Notes under the pieces: model-generated
The model's input: the letters and a program-made list of their open reading frames with translations, nothing else
The model's database searches: none
What the model was told of the DNA's origin: nothing
Translations under genes and position numbers: made by a program
Assembly: GCA_049644605.1 (NCBI GenBank)
Contig: JBARSF010000005.1
Location: 538-64,537 of the forward strand
Length of the DNA: 64,000 bases
Origin: Anaerolineales bacterium
GTDB lineage: Bacteria > Chloroflexota > Anaerolineae > Anaerolineales > UBA11858
Direction: 5' to 3'
In this document: positions 43,488 through 53,137 of the stretch, in pieces
Layout of the letters: each line of letters starts with the position of its first letter
Position numbering within the stretch: the first letter of the stretch is position 1

Positions 43488-43517
43488 TTGACATAGGTGA
43501 AAAAATTATGGTATTCT
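43488..43517 (+). promoter_or_regulatory. Candidate sigma-70 promoter with extended -10 upstream of dprA
   Basis: TTGACA (43488-43493), an 18-nt spacer ending in TGG, then TATTCT (43512-43517). Confidence 0.35.
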
Positions 43518-43568
43518 TTGCCCGGCTTGTGTAAAAAAACGCAGCCAGGTTGAACATGGGGGCTAGAA

Positions 43569-44705
43569 ATGAAATTAGATACCAAGTATTGGGTTGGATT
43601 TAACCTTGTAAAAGGAATTGGCCCGGTTCGCCTGGAAAAGCTTCTTGATTATTTTGGGGATATCCGTACAGCCTGGGAAGCCAGGCCCTATCAGCTGCAA
43701 GCTGCTGGTTTGAACGATAATCTGCGTGATCGGATGTTAAAAATCCGGAATCAAGTATCCCTGGAAGATTTGACCCAAAAGATTGTCAGACAGGGAATTC
43801 AGGTGATAACTTGGGATGACCCAGCATATCCTGAACAACTGCGTCAGATTACCCAATCTCCGTTTGTCCTTTATATTAAAGGAGAGCTTGTAAATGAGGA
43901 TGATTGGGCGGTGGCGATTGTGGGCACAAGGCGGTATAGTGATTATGGACGGCAGATAACCGAAAATATTTCCCACACATTGGCACGGAATGGGATTACA
44001 ATCATCAGCGGTTTAGCCCGCGGCATTGATGGGATTGCCCATCAAGCAGCTTTGGAAGCTGGTGGACGGACAATTGCAGTCTTGGGTAGTGGAGTAGATA
44101 TCACCTATCCGCCAGAACACCGTGATCTGGGAGAGGATATTTCAAGGCAGGGTGCGCTGATTAGCGATTACCCGCTTGGGACTCCGCCCGATGGATCTAA
44201 CTTCCCGCCCAGGAATAGAATTATTTCAGGCTTATCAAAAGCGATACTTGTGATTGAAGCAGGAGAAAGAAGCGGCGCGCTTATTACAGCTACTTACGCA
44301 GCGGAACAGGGAAAGGATGTGTTTGCAGTTCCAGGAAAAATAACTTCACCGGTGAGCAAGGGCACAAATCTATTGATAAAACAAGGAGCACACCCTTTGC
44401 TTGAATCACAGGATATCTTGGATGTACTGAATATGACCCTGATCGCGGAACAGAGAGTTATGAGGAAATCCCTGCCGAGTGACCCAAAAGAGGCAGTCTT
44501 ATATCAGGCGATTGGAGAGGAACCCCTGCATGTTGATGAGATATGTTCACAGGTTAATATGCCTATTGAGGAGGTTACCTCAACCTTGGCTTTGATGGAA
44601 TTGAAAGGCATGGTACGAAAAACTTTTGGTATGAAGTATATTGCGGTTCAGGAATTGTCTGCCAGTTATCAGATCCAGCCGGGTCAGAACAGGGAGGGTA
44701 GATAA
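43569..44705 (+). CDS. dprA: DNA-processing protein DprA/Smf
   Basis: IVGTRRYSDYG, SGLARGIDGIAHQAAL, VIEAGERSGALITA, and a C-terminal winged-helix region. Confidence 0.85.
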   Translation: MKLDTKYWVGFNLVKGIGPVRLEKLLDYFGDIRTAWEARPYQLQAAGLNDNLRDRMLKIRNQVSLEDLTQKIVRQGIQVITWDDPAYPEQLRQITQSPFVLYIKGELVNEDDWAVAIVGTRRYSDYGRQITENISHTLARNGITIISGLARGIDGIAHQAALEAGGRTIAVLGSGVDITYPPEHRDLGEDISRQGALISDYPLGTPPDGSNFPPRNRIISGLSKAILVIEAGERSGALITATYAAEQGKDVFAVPGKITSPVSKGTNLLIKQGAHPLLESQDILDVLNMTLIAEQRVMRKSLPSDPKEAVLYQAIGEEPLHVDEICSQVNMPIEEVTSTLALMELKGMVRKTFGMKYIAVQELSASYQIQPGQNREGR

Positions 44706-44706
44706 C

Positions 44707-45798
44707 ATGTATGAGAATTATTTTGCAGTTATCATGGCTGGGGGTGGAGGTACCCGACTCTGGCCGCTTTCGCGCAAGAGTCGCCCTAAACAAATGCTTG
44801 CCTTGGGCCAGGAAAGAACTTTGTTTCAAGTTGCAGTCGATCGCCTCCAGGGAGTTTTTTCTCCGGATCGTATTTATGTAGTAACGGTGGAGGAACAGTC
44901 GCCCGGGCTGCAAGAGCAGTGTCCCGAGATCCCTCCTGACAATTATTTATTGGAACCCATGCCTCGGGGGACAGCTTCGGTAGTTGGTTATGCAGCAGCA
45001 ATTCTGGGGAAACGAGACCCTGATTCCGTGATGGCTGTCTTGACAGCTGACCATATTATTGGTAATTTAAAGCTTTTCCAGCAGATATTAATCGCCGCTT
45101 ATCAGGTTGCTGAGGAGAATCGTCTGGTTACTCTTGGTGTGACCCCTACCTATCCCGCAACTGGATATGGGTACACGCGGCGAGGGGAACTGGTCGGCAA
45201 TTACCAGGACTTGGATGTCTTTCAAGTCCTGGAGTTCACAGAAAAACCCCCTCTCTCAGAAGCAGAACGCATGCTCTCCAGTGGGGAATATGCCTGGAAC
45301 TCAGGAATGTTTTTCTGGCGAACGGAGGTTATCCTTAATGAAATCTCCCGGCAAATGCCAGAACTTTCCTCCCAGCTTCAAGTGATAGTTCAAGCCTGGG
45401 ATACTCCAGACCAGTGGAATGTCCTCCGGAAGGTATGGCCTGATATCAAGCCGGAAACTATAGATTTCGGAATAATGGAAAATGCAGGTGAGGTCGCTGT
45501 AATCCCTGCTGCTGGACTAGAATGGAATGATGTAGGAAGTTGGGAAGCATTATTTGATGTACTGCAAGCTGACAAAGATGGAAATATTTCCCAGGGAGGG
45601 GAGCACATTTCCCTGGATACATCGGGCACATTAGTATATACAGCGGAAAATCCCAGGACTGTGGTAACGATAGGCGCTGCGAATTTAATTATCGTGGATA
45701 CGGGAGATATTCTGCTGATTTGTAATCGGGATCAGGCCCAGGAAGTTCGCCAGGTAGTTAAGAAACTGGAAAATGAGGACCGAAACGATTTGATTTGA
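44707..45798 (+). CDS. Mannose-1-phosphate guanylyltransferase-like nucleotidyltransferase
   Basis: AVIMAGGGGTRLWPLSR N-terminal NTP-transferase motif. The start was moved to 44707, 2 nt after the dprA stop; the track ORF starts at 44641. Confidence 0.8.
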   Translation: MYENYFAVIMAGGGGTRLWPLSRKSRPKQMLALGQERTLFQVAVDRLQGVFSPDRIYVVTVEEQSPGLQEQCPEIPPDNYLLEPMPRGTASVVGYAAAILGKRDPDSVMAVLTADHIIGNLKLFQQILIAAYQVAEENRLVTLGVTPTYPATGYGYTRRGELVGNYQDLDVFQVLEFTEKPPLSEAERMLSSGEYAWNSGMFFWRTEVILNEISRQMPELSSQLQVIVQAWDTPDQWNVLRKVWPDIKPETIDFGIMENAGEVAVIPAAGLEWNDVGSWEALFDVLQADKDGNISQGGEHISLDTSGTLVYTAENPRTVVTIGAANLIIVDTGDILLICNRDQAQEVRQVVKKLENEDRNDLI

Positions 45799-45875
45799 GG
45801 GAGCACACAAGACTCTCTCTGTACAGAATTGATGTTAACTTATTATAGGTATTCAAAGAAGCCTGGAGGTTGAAT

Positions 45876-48197
45876 TTGAAGGCATATTGTGTAAAGTGTA
45901 AAGATAAACAGGAAATGACATCGCCCGTCGCGGAATTCACATCTACGGGAACTCCAGCGACCCGGGGGATATGTTCAGTTTGTGGAACTGGTGTGTATCG
46001 CATGGGAAAAACAGAATCCCACCAGGGGATGACTCCACCCGAAAACACAAAACGGAAATCTCAGAAAGAAAAACCACGCAAAGGAAAACTGGTGATAGTA
46101 GAATCACCGGCCAAAGCCCGGACGATAGGCAGGTACCTTGGAAAGGATTACAAGGTAAAAGCTTCCGTGGGTCATGTACGGGATTTACTCAAGTCAAAAT
46201 TATCAATCGACGTTGAAAATAATTTTGAACCCAGATACAGGGTTCCAAATGAGAAGAAGGAAGTCGTAAAAGAAATTAAAGCTTTAGGTCAGGAAGCTGA
46301 AGAAATTTTTCTGGCGACCGACCTTGACCGGGAAGGGGAGGCAATTGCCTGGCACTTAATGGAAGCTGCAGATTTTGAGCCTGAACGAACGAGACGGGTT
46401 ATCTTTCACGAGATTACCAAATCAGCAATAGAAACCTCTTTTGCGAATCCAGTTGGGTTGAATATGGATCTGGTGGATGCACAGCAAGGAAGAAGGATTG
46501 TTGATCGTCTGGTTGGATTTAAAATCAGCCCAATCTTATGGTCCAAGGTGCGCAGCAGGTTATCTGCGGGAAGGGTGCAGTCTGTTGCATTAAGATTAAT
46601 TGTAGACCGGGAGAGGGAGATTGATGCTTTTGTCCCGGAAGAGTACTGGACAATTGATGCAGAACTCTGCCCTGAAGGGAACTCTCCGGATAGCCTTACT
46701 TATTTTGCCAACCTTACCCATCTGGATGGCAATAAAATTGACCTCAAATCACAGGAAACCCTTGATCCGATCATGCAAGATATGCAATCAGCCCGGTATG
46801 AAGTGCGGAAAATCCGCCGGGGGAGTCGAGAACGCAACCCGTATCCCCCATTCATCACCAGCACGCTGCAGCAGGATGCTTCCCGGCAGTTGAAATATTC
46901 TGCCAAAAAGACCATGGCTGTCGCTCAGCAGCTTTATGAAGGCATTGATGTTGGTAATGGTGGAGAAACTGGTTTGATAACCTATATGCGTACTGATTCT
47001 ACACATGTATCTGAGGGTGCGCAGAAGGGTGCCAGGGAATTTATCCAAGCCAAATATGGTAAGGACTATGCTCCGGAGGAAATTCCCCAATATGTTACCA
47101 AGTCAAAGCGGGCGCAGGAGGCGCATGAAGCGATCCGGCCAACATCTGTAAATCGAACGCCAAAGACTCTCAAGGCATCCCTGAACAACTCTCAATATAA
47201 GTTATACAAATTGATCTGGCAGCGATTTGTCGCTTCCCAAATGTCAGCAGCTGTTTATGATACTTTAAGTGTGATCGTCGGTGCAGACGGATCAGCTCAT
47301 GCCTATGTCCTGCGGGCATCAGGGTCAAAAGTGAAATTCCCGGGATTCCTGAAAGTTTACGATCGAAATAACGGAAAAGCATCTCAAGCTGCCAGAGACC
47401 TGGAGCGGATTCCAGAGAATTTAGCTGAAGGCCAGCAGCAGGATTTAATTAACCTGCTTCCAGAACAGCATTTCACAAAACCACCCGCCAGGTATTCAGA
47501 AGCATCGCTGGTCAGTGCTCTGGAGGAAAATGGAATTGGTAGACCGTCTACATATGCACCTATCATGGGAACACTGCAGCAGCGTGGATACGTGCTAAAA
47601 GATGGACGGCGTTTATTTCCGACTGAAATTGGATTTGTTGTTAATGATAAGGTTTCGGAATTTTTCCCTTCAATTGTTGATGTAGGTTTTACTGCTCAAA
47701 TGGAAGGAGATTTGGATCTGGTTGCTTCCGGGGATGAGCAATGGCAGAATATCGTAGGCGAGTTTTATGGTCCGTTCTCTGAGCGAGTAAAGATTGCCGA
47801 ACGGGATATGCCCAAAGCGGAAATCAGCCTAAAACCGGTTGGTAGAGCATGTCCAAAATGCGGTCACGATCTGGTCCAGAAATGGGGACGTTTCGGTCCA
47901 TTTATTGCCTGCAGTGACTATCCTAATTGTAAACATTCTGAGCCCTGGTTGGAAAAAATTGGTGTGACCTGTCCTGAAGATGGAGGAGACCTGGTTGAAC
48001 GGCGGACTAGAAAAGGCCGCGTATTTTATGGTTGCGAAAATTATCCTGAATGTGAATTTTCATCCTGGAAGCGACCGCTGGCTGAGCCTTGCCCCAGTTG
48101 CGGAGGTTTATTGGTAGCAGCCAATAAAAACCATGCCCTGTGCACGGTCTGCAGCCTTGAGTTTAAACTGGATGAACTCCAAAAAGAATCTGGATGA
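45876..48197 (+). CDS. topA: DNA topoisomerase I with an N-terminal CxxC...CxxC zinc ribbon and C-terminal zinc fingers
   Basis: TOPRIM LVIVESPAKARTIGRYLG, catalytic region GLITYMRTDS, and C-terminal CPKCGH/CPSCGG fingers. The likely TTG start at 45876 lies 6 nt after GGAGG. The track start at 45870 abuts the RBS. Confidence 0.9.
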   Translation: MKAYCVKCKDKQEMTSPVAEFTSTGTPATRGICSVCGTGVYRMGKTESHQGMTPPENTKRKSQKEKPRKGKLVIVESPAKARTIGRYLGKDYKVKASVGHVRDLLKSKLSIDVENNFEPRYRVPNEKKEVVKEIKALGQEAEEIFLATDLDREGEAIAWHLMEAADFEPERTRRVIFHEITKSAIETSFANPVGLNMDLVDAQQGRRIVDRLVGFKISPILWSKVRSRLSAGRVQSVALRLIVDREREIDAFVPEEYWTIDAELCPEGNSPDSLTYFANLTHLDGNKIDLKSQETLDPIMQDMQSARYEVRKIRRGSRERNPYPPFITSTLQQDASRQLKYSAKKTMAVAQQLYEGIDVGNGGETGLITYMRTDSTHVSEGAQKGAREFIQAKYGKDYAPEEIPQYVTKSKRAQEAHEAIRPTSVNRTPKTLKASLNNSQYKLYKLIWQRFVASQMSAAVYDTLSVIVGADGSAHAYVLRASGSKVKFPGFLKVYDRNNGKASQAARDLERIPENLAEGQQQDLINLLPEQHFTKPPARYSEASLVSALEENGIGRPSTYAPIMGTLQQRGYVLKDGRRLFPTEIGFVVNDKVSEFFPSIVDVGFTAQMEGDLDLVASGDEQWQNIVGEFYGPFSERVKIAERDMPKAEISLKPVGRACPKCGHDLVQKWGRFGPFIACSDYPNCKHSEPWLEKIGVTCPEDGGDLVERRTRKGRVFYGCENYPECEFSSWKRPLAEPCPSCGGLLVAANKNHALCTVCSLEFKLDELQKESG

Positions 48198-48220
48198 TAT
48201 CTAGTTATGCTTGATTTTTA

Positions 48221-48257
48221 CAGCGGTGGAGAGTTGTTTTCCACCGCTGTTTATGTT
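48221..48257 (+). terminator. Rho-independent terminator after topA
   Basis: CAGCGGTGGA-gagttgttt-TCCACCGCTG, followed by TTTATGTT. Confidence 0.7.
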
Positions 48258-48470
48258 AAGGGTCATTTTCTTTGGGGAAATGCTGCCAAAACCATTAAAA
48301 TAAGTGTATTACTGATATGAAAAATAAGTTGATGATTGGCACAGACCTTGCATCTACTAGCATGAGTGTCCAGAGTTGGTGAGGGCATTGCAGGAAAACC
48401 GTCTCTCGTCTACAATATCAATATCTGGCCTCCAGTTGCTTCAACTTTCAAAATCATATGGAGATTGATA

Positions 48471-49508
48471 ATGAATAACATCCAGGATAGTTTTAAAAAA
48501 GGTTTTAACAGCCCTCCCATAATGGCAGTGGTTGGCATCGTAGTCGGGATCATTTTAGGCGTGCTTTACGGGTGGGTGATTGACCCAGTAGAGTTTGTCG
48601 ATGCTTCCATCTTTCAACTGAGAGACGATTTAAAGTCAGAGTACCTTCGGATGGCGATTGATTCCTATGCTTTGAATCAAGATGCCGCCCTGGCAGAAGA
48701 GCGCTATAACCGTCTTGGAGAGGATGCTTCGACTATCTTATTTGAGATTGAATCTTACCCTGGGACACAATTGATCAGTGATATAGATTCATTCCGTGAT
48801 GTCGCAGAATTAACCAGCCTGACTGAAACCCTGGAGGAGTTGGAGCCAGAGGAAGAATCCAGTAGTAACTTCCTCCTCTGGGCGCTGCTGATTACGATTG
48901 TCCTGGCAAGCGCTCTGGTGATCCGATATTTCCTTGGAAAACGCGCCGGGGGAAAACCCGCTCCCAAATCAGCAGTCAGCATGGCACAAGAAATCACTTC
49001 CAAGATCGATACCACTGATTTTGGTGATCGGGGAGAATCTCCCCCTATGCATCAATTTGTGACAACCTATGTTTTGGGGGATAATCTTTTTGATGACTCG
49101 TTCAGCATTGAATCCGCAGCTGGCGAATTTCTGGGAGAATGCGGCGTAGGGATCTCGGAAGCTATTGGCGTGGGAGAGCCGAAACGGGTGACCGCCTTTG
49201 AAGTCTGGTTATTTGACCAGAATGATATCAAAACAGTTACAAAAGTTTTGATGAGTGGGCACGCATTTTATGATGAAGTCATCCGGTCAGAACTGGAAAA
49301 GAAAGGTGAGCCTGTGCTGGCAGATCCGGGAGTGGAGTTTGTCCTGGCGACAAATAACCTGCGAATTATTGGACGGGTAATGGATATGGGTTATGGGGAA
49401 GGACCTCTACCCGAAGACAGCTTCTTTGACCGGTTGTCCATTGAGTTATCAGTTTGGCCAAATGAAGAGGCAAGTGAACCAGAAGCTTTTGATTTTGACG
49501 AATTCTAA
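48471..49508 (+). CDS. Hypothetical two-TM membrane protein
   Basis: GGAG lies 7 nt before the ATG at 48471. TM helices are MAVVGIVVGIILGVLYGWVI and FLLWALLITIVLASALVIRYFL. No family was recognised. Confidence 0.5.
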   Translation: MNNIQDSFKKGFNSPPIMAVVGIVVGIILGVLYGWVIDPVEFVDASIFQLRDDLKSEYLRMAIDSYALNQDAALAEERYNRLGEDASTILFEIESYPGTQLISDIDSFRDVAELTSLTETLEELEPEEESSSNFLLWALLITIVLASALVIRYFLGKRAGGKPAPKSAVSMAQEITSKIDTTDFGDRGESPPMHQFVTTYVLGDNLFDDSFSIESAAGEFLGECGVGISEAIGVGEPKRVTAFEVWLFDQNDIKTVTKVLMSGHAFYDEVIRSELEKKGEPVLADPGVEFVLATNNLRIIGRVMDMGYGEGPLPEDSFFDRLSIELSVWPNEEASEPEAFDFDEF

Positions 49509-49523
49509 ATAGGGTATGGAACT

Positions 49524-49569
49524 AAAAAAGACTTCGGAATTTTTCATAAATTCCGAAGTCTTTTATTTT
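49524..49569. terminator. Bidirectional rho-independent terminator between convergent genes
   Basis: A 13-bp stem GACTTCGGAATTT-ttcat-AAATTCCGAAGTC is flanked by an A-run (5') and TTTTATTTT (3'). Confidence 0.7.
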
Positions 49570-49588
49570 AACAGGTGGACGAACAAGT

Positions 49589-50062
49589 TTATTCAATGCC
49601 TAAGATTTTCAGAGAGAAATCCCCATCGGGAGTTTTAATTGTTACTTTATCCCCTATTTTTTTTTCCATCAGCGCGCTGCCAATAGGGGAGACATGGGAG
49701 ATTTTATTTTGCATCGGGTCAGCTTCCTTGCTTCCCACCAGGTAGTATATCTCAGGAGGATCATCTTCCTCCTGCACGGTAACTTTACAGCCCACTCCCA
49801 CTGTATCCTGTCCGTTTGAATTCTCTTTCACAACAATGGCATAGTTTAACGTGTGTTTGATTTCCAGGATTTTCCCTTCCAGGAATCCCTGGTCTTCTTT
49901 CGCCTTGTGATAATCCGCGTTTTCAGATAGATCACCCATCTCAATCGCTGACTTTAATCTGGCAGCTATCTCAGTCCGGCGGGGTCCTTCCAGTTCTTTC
50001 AATTCAATTTGAAGTTTTTCTTTCCCTGCTTCGGTTAAATATATTTTTCCATCGTCCTGCAT
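49589..50062 (-). CDS. greA: Transcription elongation factor GreA
   Basis: The coiled-coil N-domain contains LSENADYHKAKEDQ, and the C-terminal has VSPIGSALMEKKIGD. Confidence 0.9.
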   Translation of the reverse strand: MQDDGKIYLTEAGKEKLQIELKELEGPRRTEIAARLKSAIEMGDLSENADYHKAKEDQGFLEGKILEIKHTLNYAIVVKENSNGQDTVGVGCKVTVQEEDDPPEIYYLVGSKEADPMQNKISHVSPIGSALMEKKIGDKVTIKTPDGDFSLKILGIE

Positions 50063-50090
50063 GCTGTTCTATTCCTTTAATACTAGATGT

Positions 50091-51242
50091 CTATGGTTTT
50101 TCCAGAGGATTAAATATTTTCTGATGCTCATCGATCGCAAACCGATCTGTCATGCCTGCTATATAATCACAAATTGCCCGTTCCAATCCTATTTCGTCAA
50201 CACCATCCAGAATATGTTTGGGAAGCAGCAGGGGATCTTTTAGATAAGCGGCAAACAGATCGCCGATTATCCTTTCAGCTTTTACCTGCATTCGAATGAC
50301 CCGATGATTTTGATAGAGGTTCTTAAAGAGAAAATCCTTCAATTCCCGGTTATTTTGTCCCATTTGATCACTGAATCGAATCACATTGTGTGATAATTTT
50401 TGCAGTTCTTCCACGGTTGAGACACCACTTTTCTCGAGTTCCAGGTTTGTTGTTTGAATACAATCGTTAACTTCCATACCAATCATCTGGCGGATGATCC
50501 TCTTTCGGTCCAATTCCTCAAGTTCGCCACCTTTCCAACCGATGGTTTTTACTAGAATTTTCCAGAGAGGCAAATCCTCAAGCATGGAAGTAGTTAATAG
50601 CCCAGAGGTTAACCCATCATCCAGGTCATGCGCTGAGTAGGCAAGCTCATCAGCAGCATTGGCTATTTGTGCCTCCAAATGCCCCCGGAGATCTGGGTCG
50701 TAATCTTCAGCGTCTGAGATATCATATTCTGTCTCATGTTTAACGATACCTTCCCGGGTTTCCCAGGTCAAGTTCAGCCCCGGAAAATCCTTGAAACGCC
50801 TTTCAAGCTTGGTAACAATCCGCAGGGATTGTTTATTATGGTCAAATCCCCCGTGTTCTTCCATGAGTTGATCTAGTATCTGTTCCCCGGAATGTCCAAA
50901 AGGGGAGTGCCCTAAGTCATGGGCGAGGCAGATTGCCTCTTCCAGATCTTCATTGGCTCCCAGCGCTCTGGCCACTGTCCGGCCAATTTGCGCTACTTCC
51001 AGGGTGTGAGTTAATCGGGTGCGGTAATAATCCCCTTCAGAGTTCAGAAATACCTGAGTTTTGTATTCCAGACGACGAAAAGCAGTTGTGTGCAGGATTC
51101 GATCCCGGTCACGTTGAAATGCTGTCCGATAGACAGGCGTGGAATCAGGATACTTTCGGCCTTTGCTGTCCTGACTCCGGATTCCGTAGGGAGCCAGACA
51201 TATATTTTCCTTTTCTTCCCGCTGTTCTCTTTTGATTAACAT
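50091..51242 (-). CDS. dGTP triphosphohydrolase-like HD-domain protein
   Basis: RTAFQRDRDRILHTTAFRRLEYKTQVF, RLTHTLEVAQIGR, and LAHDLGHSPFGH. Confidence 0.85.
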   Translation of the reverse strand: MLIKREQREEKENICLAPYGIRSQDSKGRKYPDSTPVYRTAFQRDRDRILHTTAFRRLEYKTQVFLNSEGDYYRTRLTHTLEVAQIGRTVARALGANEDLEEAICLAHDLGHSPFGHSGEQILDQLMEEHGGFDHNKQSLRIVTKLERRFKDFPGLNLTWETREGIVKHETEYDISDAEDYDPDLRGHLEAQIANAADELAYSAHDLDDGLTSGLLTTSMLEDLPLWKILVKTIGWKGGELEELDRKRIIRQMIGMEVNDCIQTTNLELEKSGVSTVEELQKLSHNVIRFSDQMGQNNRELKDFLFKNLYQNHRVIRMQVKAERIIGDLFAAYLKDPLLLPKHILDGVDEIGLERAICDYIAGMTDRFAIDEHQKIFNPLEKP

Positions 51243-51314
51243 GGGTTCCTCACTTCCCTGAGGCAGGTAAGCAAATCCAGTTTAATGCAGCCCTGGGCTG
51301 CTGTCAACCAGACC

Positions 51315-53042
51315 TTATTTTACAGAGGATTCAATTTGATCTGCCAAATTATTGATCTCTATCAGGTAGTTTTTCAGGGTTTGGTGTGCCTGTTGATTTT
51401 TTTCGGTCTCGGATCGGACAAATCGAGTGTATGGAGCGATAGTATCTCTGATTTCCTGCAATCCTCGTTTAATTTCCTGGTTAAAGTGAGTTGTCAAAGA
51501 TACTGTCAGTTGATCCCGCATCTCGGAAACTTTTTTGTGCATTTCTTTTTTCGCGTTCCTGCGCCTGGTAGGAATGATGAATAAACCCAGAGCAGCCATA
51601 GCACCCGCGAGCAGAATACCGGTCACGTCGATTGCTAGTGTTGTTGCCAGGATAGATACCAGGGTTCCGAGACCCACCGCTCCGGCACTAATTGCAGCTG
51701 CAGTTGCAACAGCATTTTGAGATCTGCGGGCGATTTCACTAGCTTCGTAGGTTTTATCATAGTTTTCCAATACTCGGTTTGCTTCTTTTTGAATGCTGTT
51801 GATCAAACGTTCCCGGTCATATATAAAATTCCCGATATCGCCGACCATTCTTCCCTTGTGTTTCTGCCGTCCCTCAGCAATATGTGATGTGATTGCCTGC
51901 CACTGCCGCAAGTTGGTATCGACCAACCAATCAATGATCGCTGTCACTTTACTTTCAATTTGCTCAGGGACATTGGCCACTACCAGATCCTCAAAATCTT
52001 TCTGGATCTTTCCTTTTTTCATCAAATCAAAGACACGGGCCAAACGGATATATTCGGTGAAGAAATCCTGGCCGCGCTGTTCCATTTCCAGGAGGATCTT
52101 GATAATATCCGACATTCTGAGCTGGAAGTTTTCTTCCATATCTTTCTGAAAGATTACCAGCTGATCCTCCACGTCCTTGATTAAAACCAGATCATCCTGG
52201 AGCAATTTCAGTCGATGTTCAAAGAACTCAGCATATTGACTGGAAATATGTTTGCCGACACCAAGGGGATTAAGAAGTTTTAACTTTAATCGGCTTTTCT
52301 GATCCAGGGTTGTGAGTATATAGTTCTCCAGTGCTTCAAAACGGCTCTCTTGCCACAACTCGGGTTTTCCCTGTTTGGCTTTAAGCGCTAATTGGGCAGA
52401 GATCGGATATATTTCGGGAGTCATATTAAGCGTCTTTTGGGCATTTTCTGCCACAAAAACCTGGATTTCATCCAAAGCTTTATCGTTTTGTAGGATGTCA
52501 ATTTTGTTTATGACCAGGACAACTTTTTTACCCCAGGATTGAATTTGTTCTAAAAACAACCGCTCACTTTCGGTAAAGGGTCGGTCAGCGGATGTGACAA
52601 ACAGGATCAAATCCGAACGGGGGACAAAAAGAGAGGTGATTTCTTCATGTTTCCGAATGATGGCATTGGTCCCGGGTGTGTCAACGATGCTGATTTCTTT
52701 CAGGAAAGGGGCATCAACGGATAAGCTTTCAATATTCTCTGAAAGATTGGTTTTTTCTTTCGTCTCACCATAGCGCAGTATATTCACTTTAGTTGTCGTG
52801 GGAGTCACCCCTTCTTCCAGGATCCTATCACCCAGAAGGGCGTTAATAAAGGCGCTTTTCCCGGCATTAAACTCACCTACCACTACCAGTAGAAAGAAAT
52901 CATCCAGCTGCCTGATAGATTCCGTCAGAGCTTCCTGGTCCTCTTCTTTAACCCCATACTCAACTAATGAGAGCCGAAGCTGATTCAACAGATCCCGCTC
53001 TTTCGTCAGCAATTGTTTTTGTTTTTTAGATAAAATTTCCAT
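51315..53042 (-). CDS. Bacterial dynamin-like GTPase with C-terminal membrane hairpin
   Basis: P-loop GEFNAGKSAFINALLG, G2/G3 VDTPGTN and G4 INKID. Near the C-terminus is a hydrophobic hairpin, AISAGAVGLGTLVSILATTLAIDVTGILLAGAMAALGLFIIP. Confidence 0.8.
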   Translation of the reverse strand: MEILSKKQKQLLTKERDLLNQLRLSLVEYGVKEEDQEALTESIRQLDDFFLLVVVGEFNAGKSAFINALLGDRILEEGVTPTTTKVNILRYGETKEKTNLSENIESLSVDAPFLKEISIVDTPGTNAIIRKHEEITSLFVPRSDLILFVTSADRPFTESERLFLEQIQSWGKKVVLVINKIDILQNDKALDEIQVFVAENAQKTLNMTPEIYPISAQLALKAKQGKPELWQESRFEALENYILTTLDQKSRLKLKLLNPLGVGKHISSQYAEFFEHRLKLLQDDLVLIKDVEDQLVIFQKDMEENFQLRMSDIIKILLEMEQRGQDFFTEYIRLARVFDLMKKGKIQKDFEDLVVANVPEQIESKVTAIIDWLVDTNLRQWQAITSHIAEGRQKHKGRMVGDIGNFIYDRERLINSIQKEANRVLENYDKTYEASEIARRSQNAVATAAAISAGAVGLGTLVSILATTLAIDVTGILLAGAMAALGLFIIPTRRRNAKKEMHKKVSEMRDQLTVSLTTHFNQEIKRGLQEIRDTIAPYTRFVRSETEKNQQAHQTLKNYLIEINNLADQIESSVK

Positions 53043-53137
53043 ACATCCTCATCGTCTCTGAAGGTGATCTCTATTATAACCGATACAAATTAGTGATAAA
53101 TCTGGGGAATTCGGTGAGAGAAAAAACACCGCAAATG

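Noticed and set aside
50091-51242. dGTPase-like gene as an anti-phage nucleotide-depletion defence gene
   Set aside because: It sits in a housekeeping neighbourhood (greA, topA, lepA) and looks like the ordinary Dgt-like family. Nothing in the sequence suggests a defence-island context.
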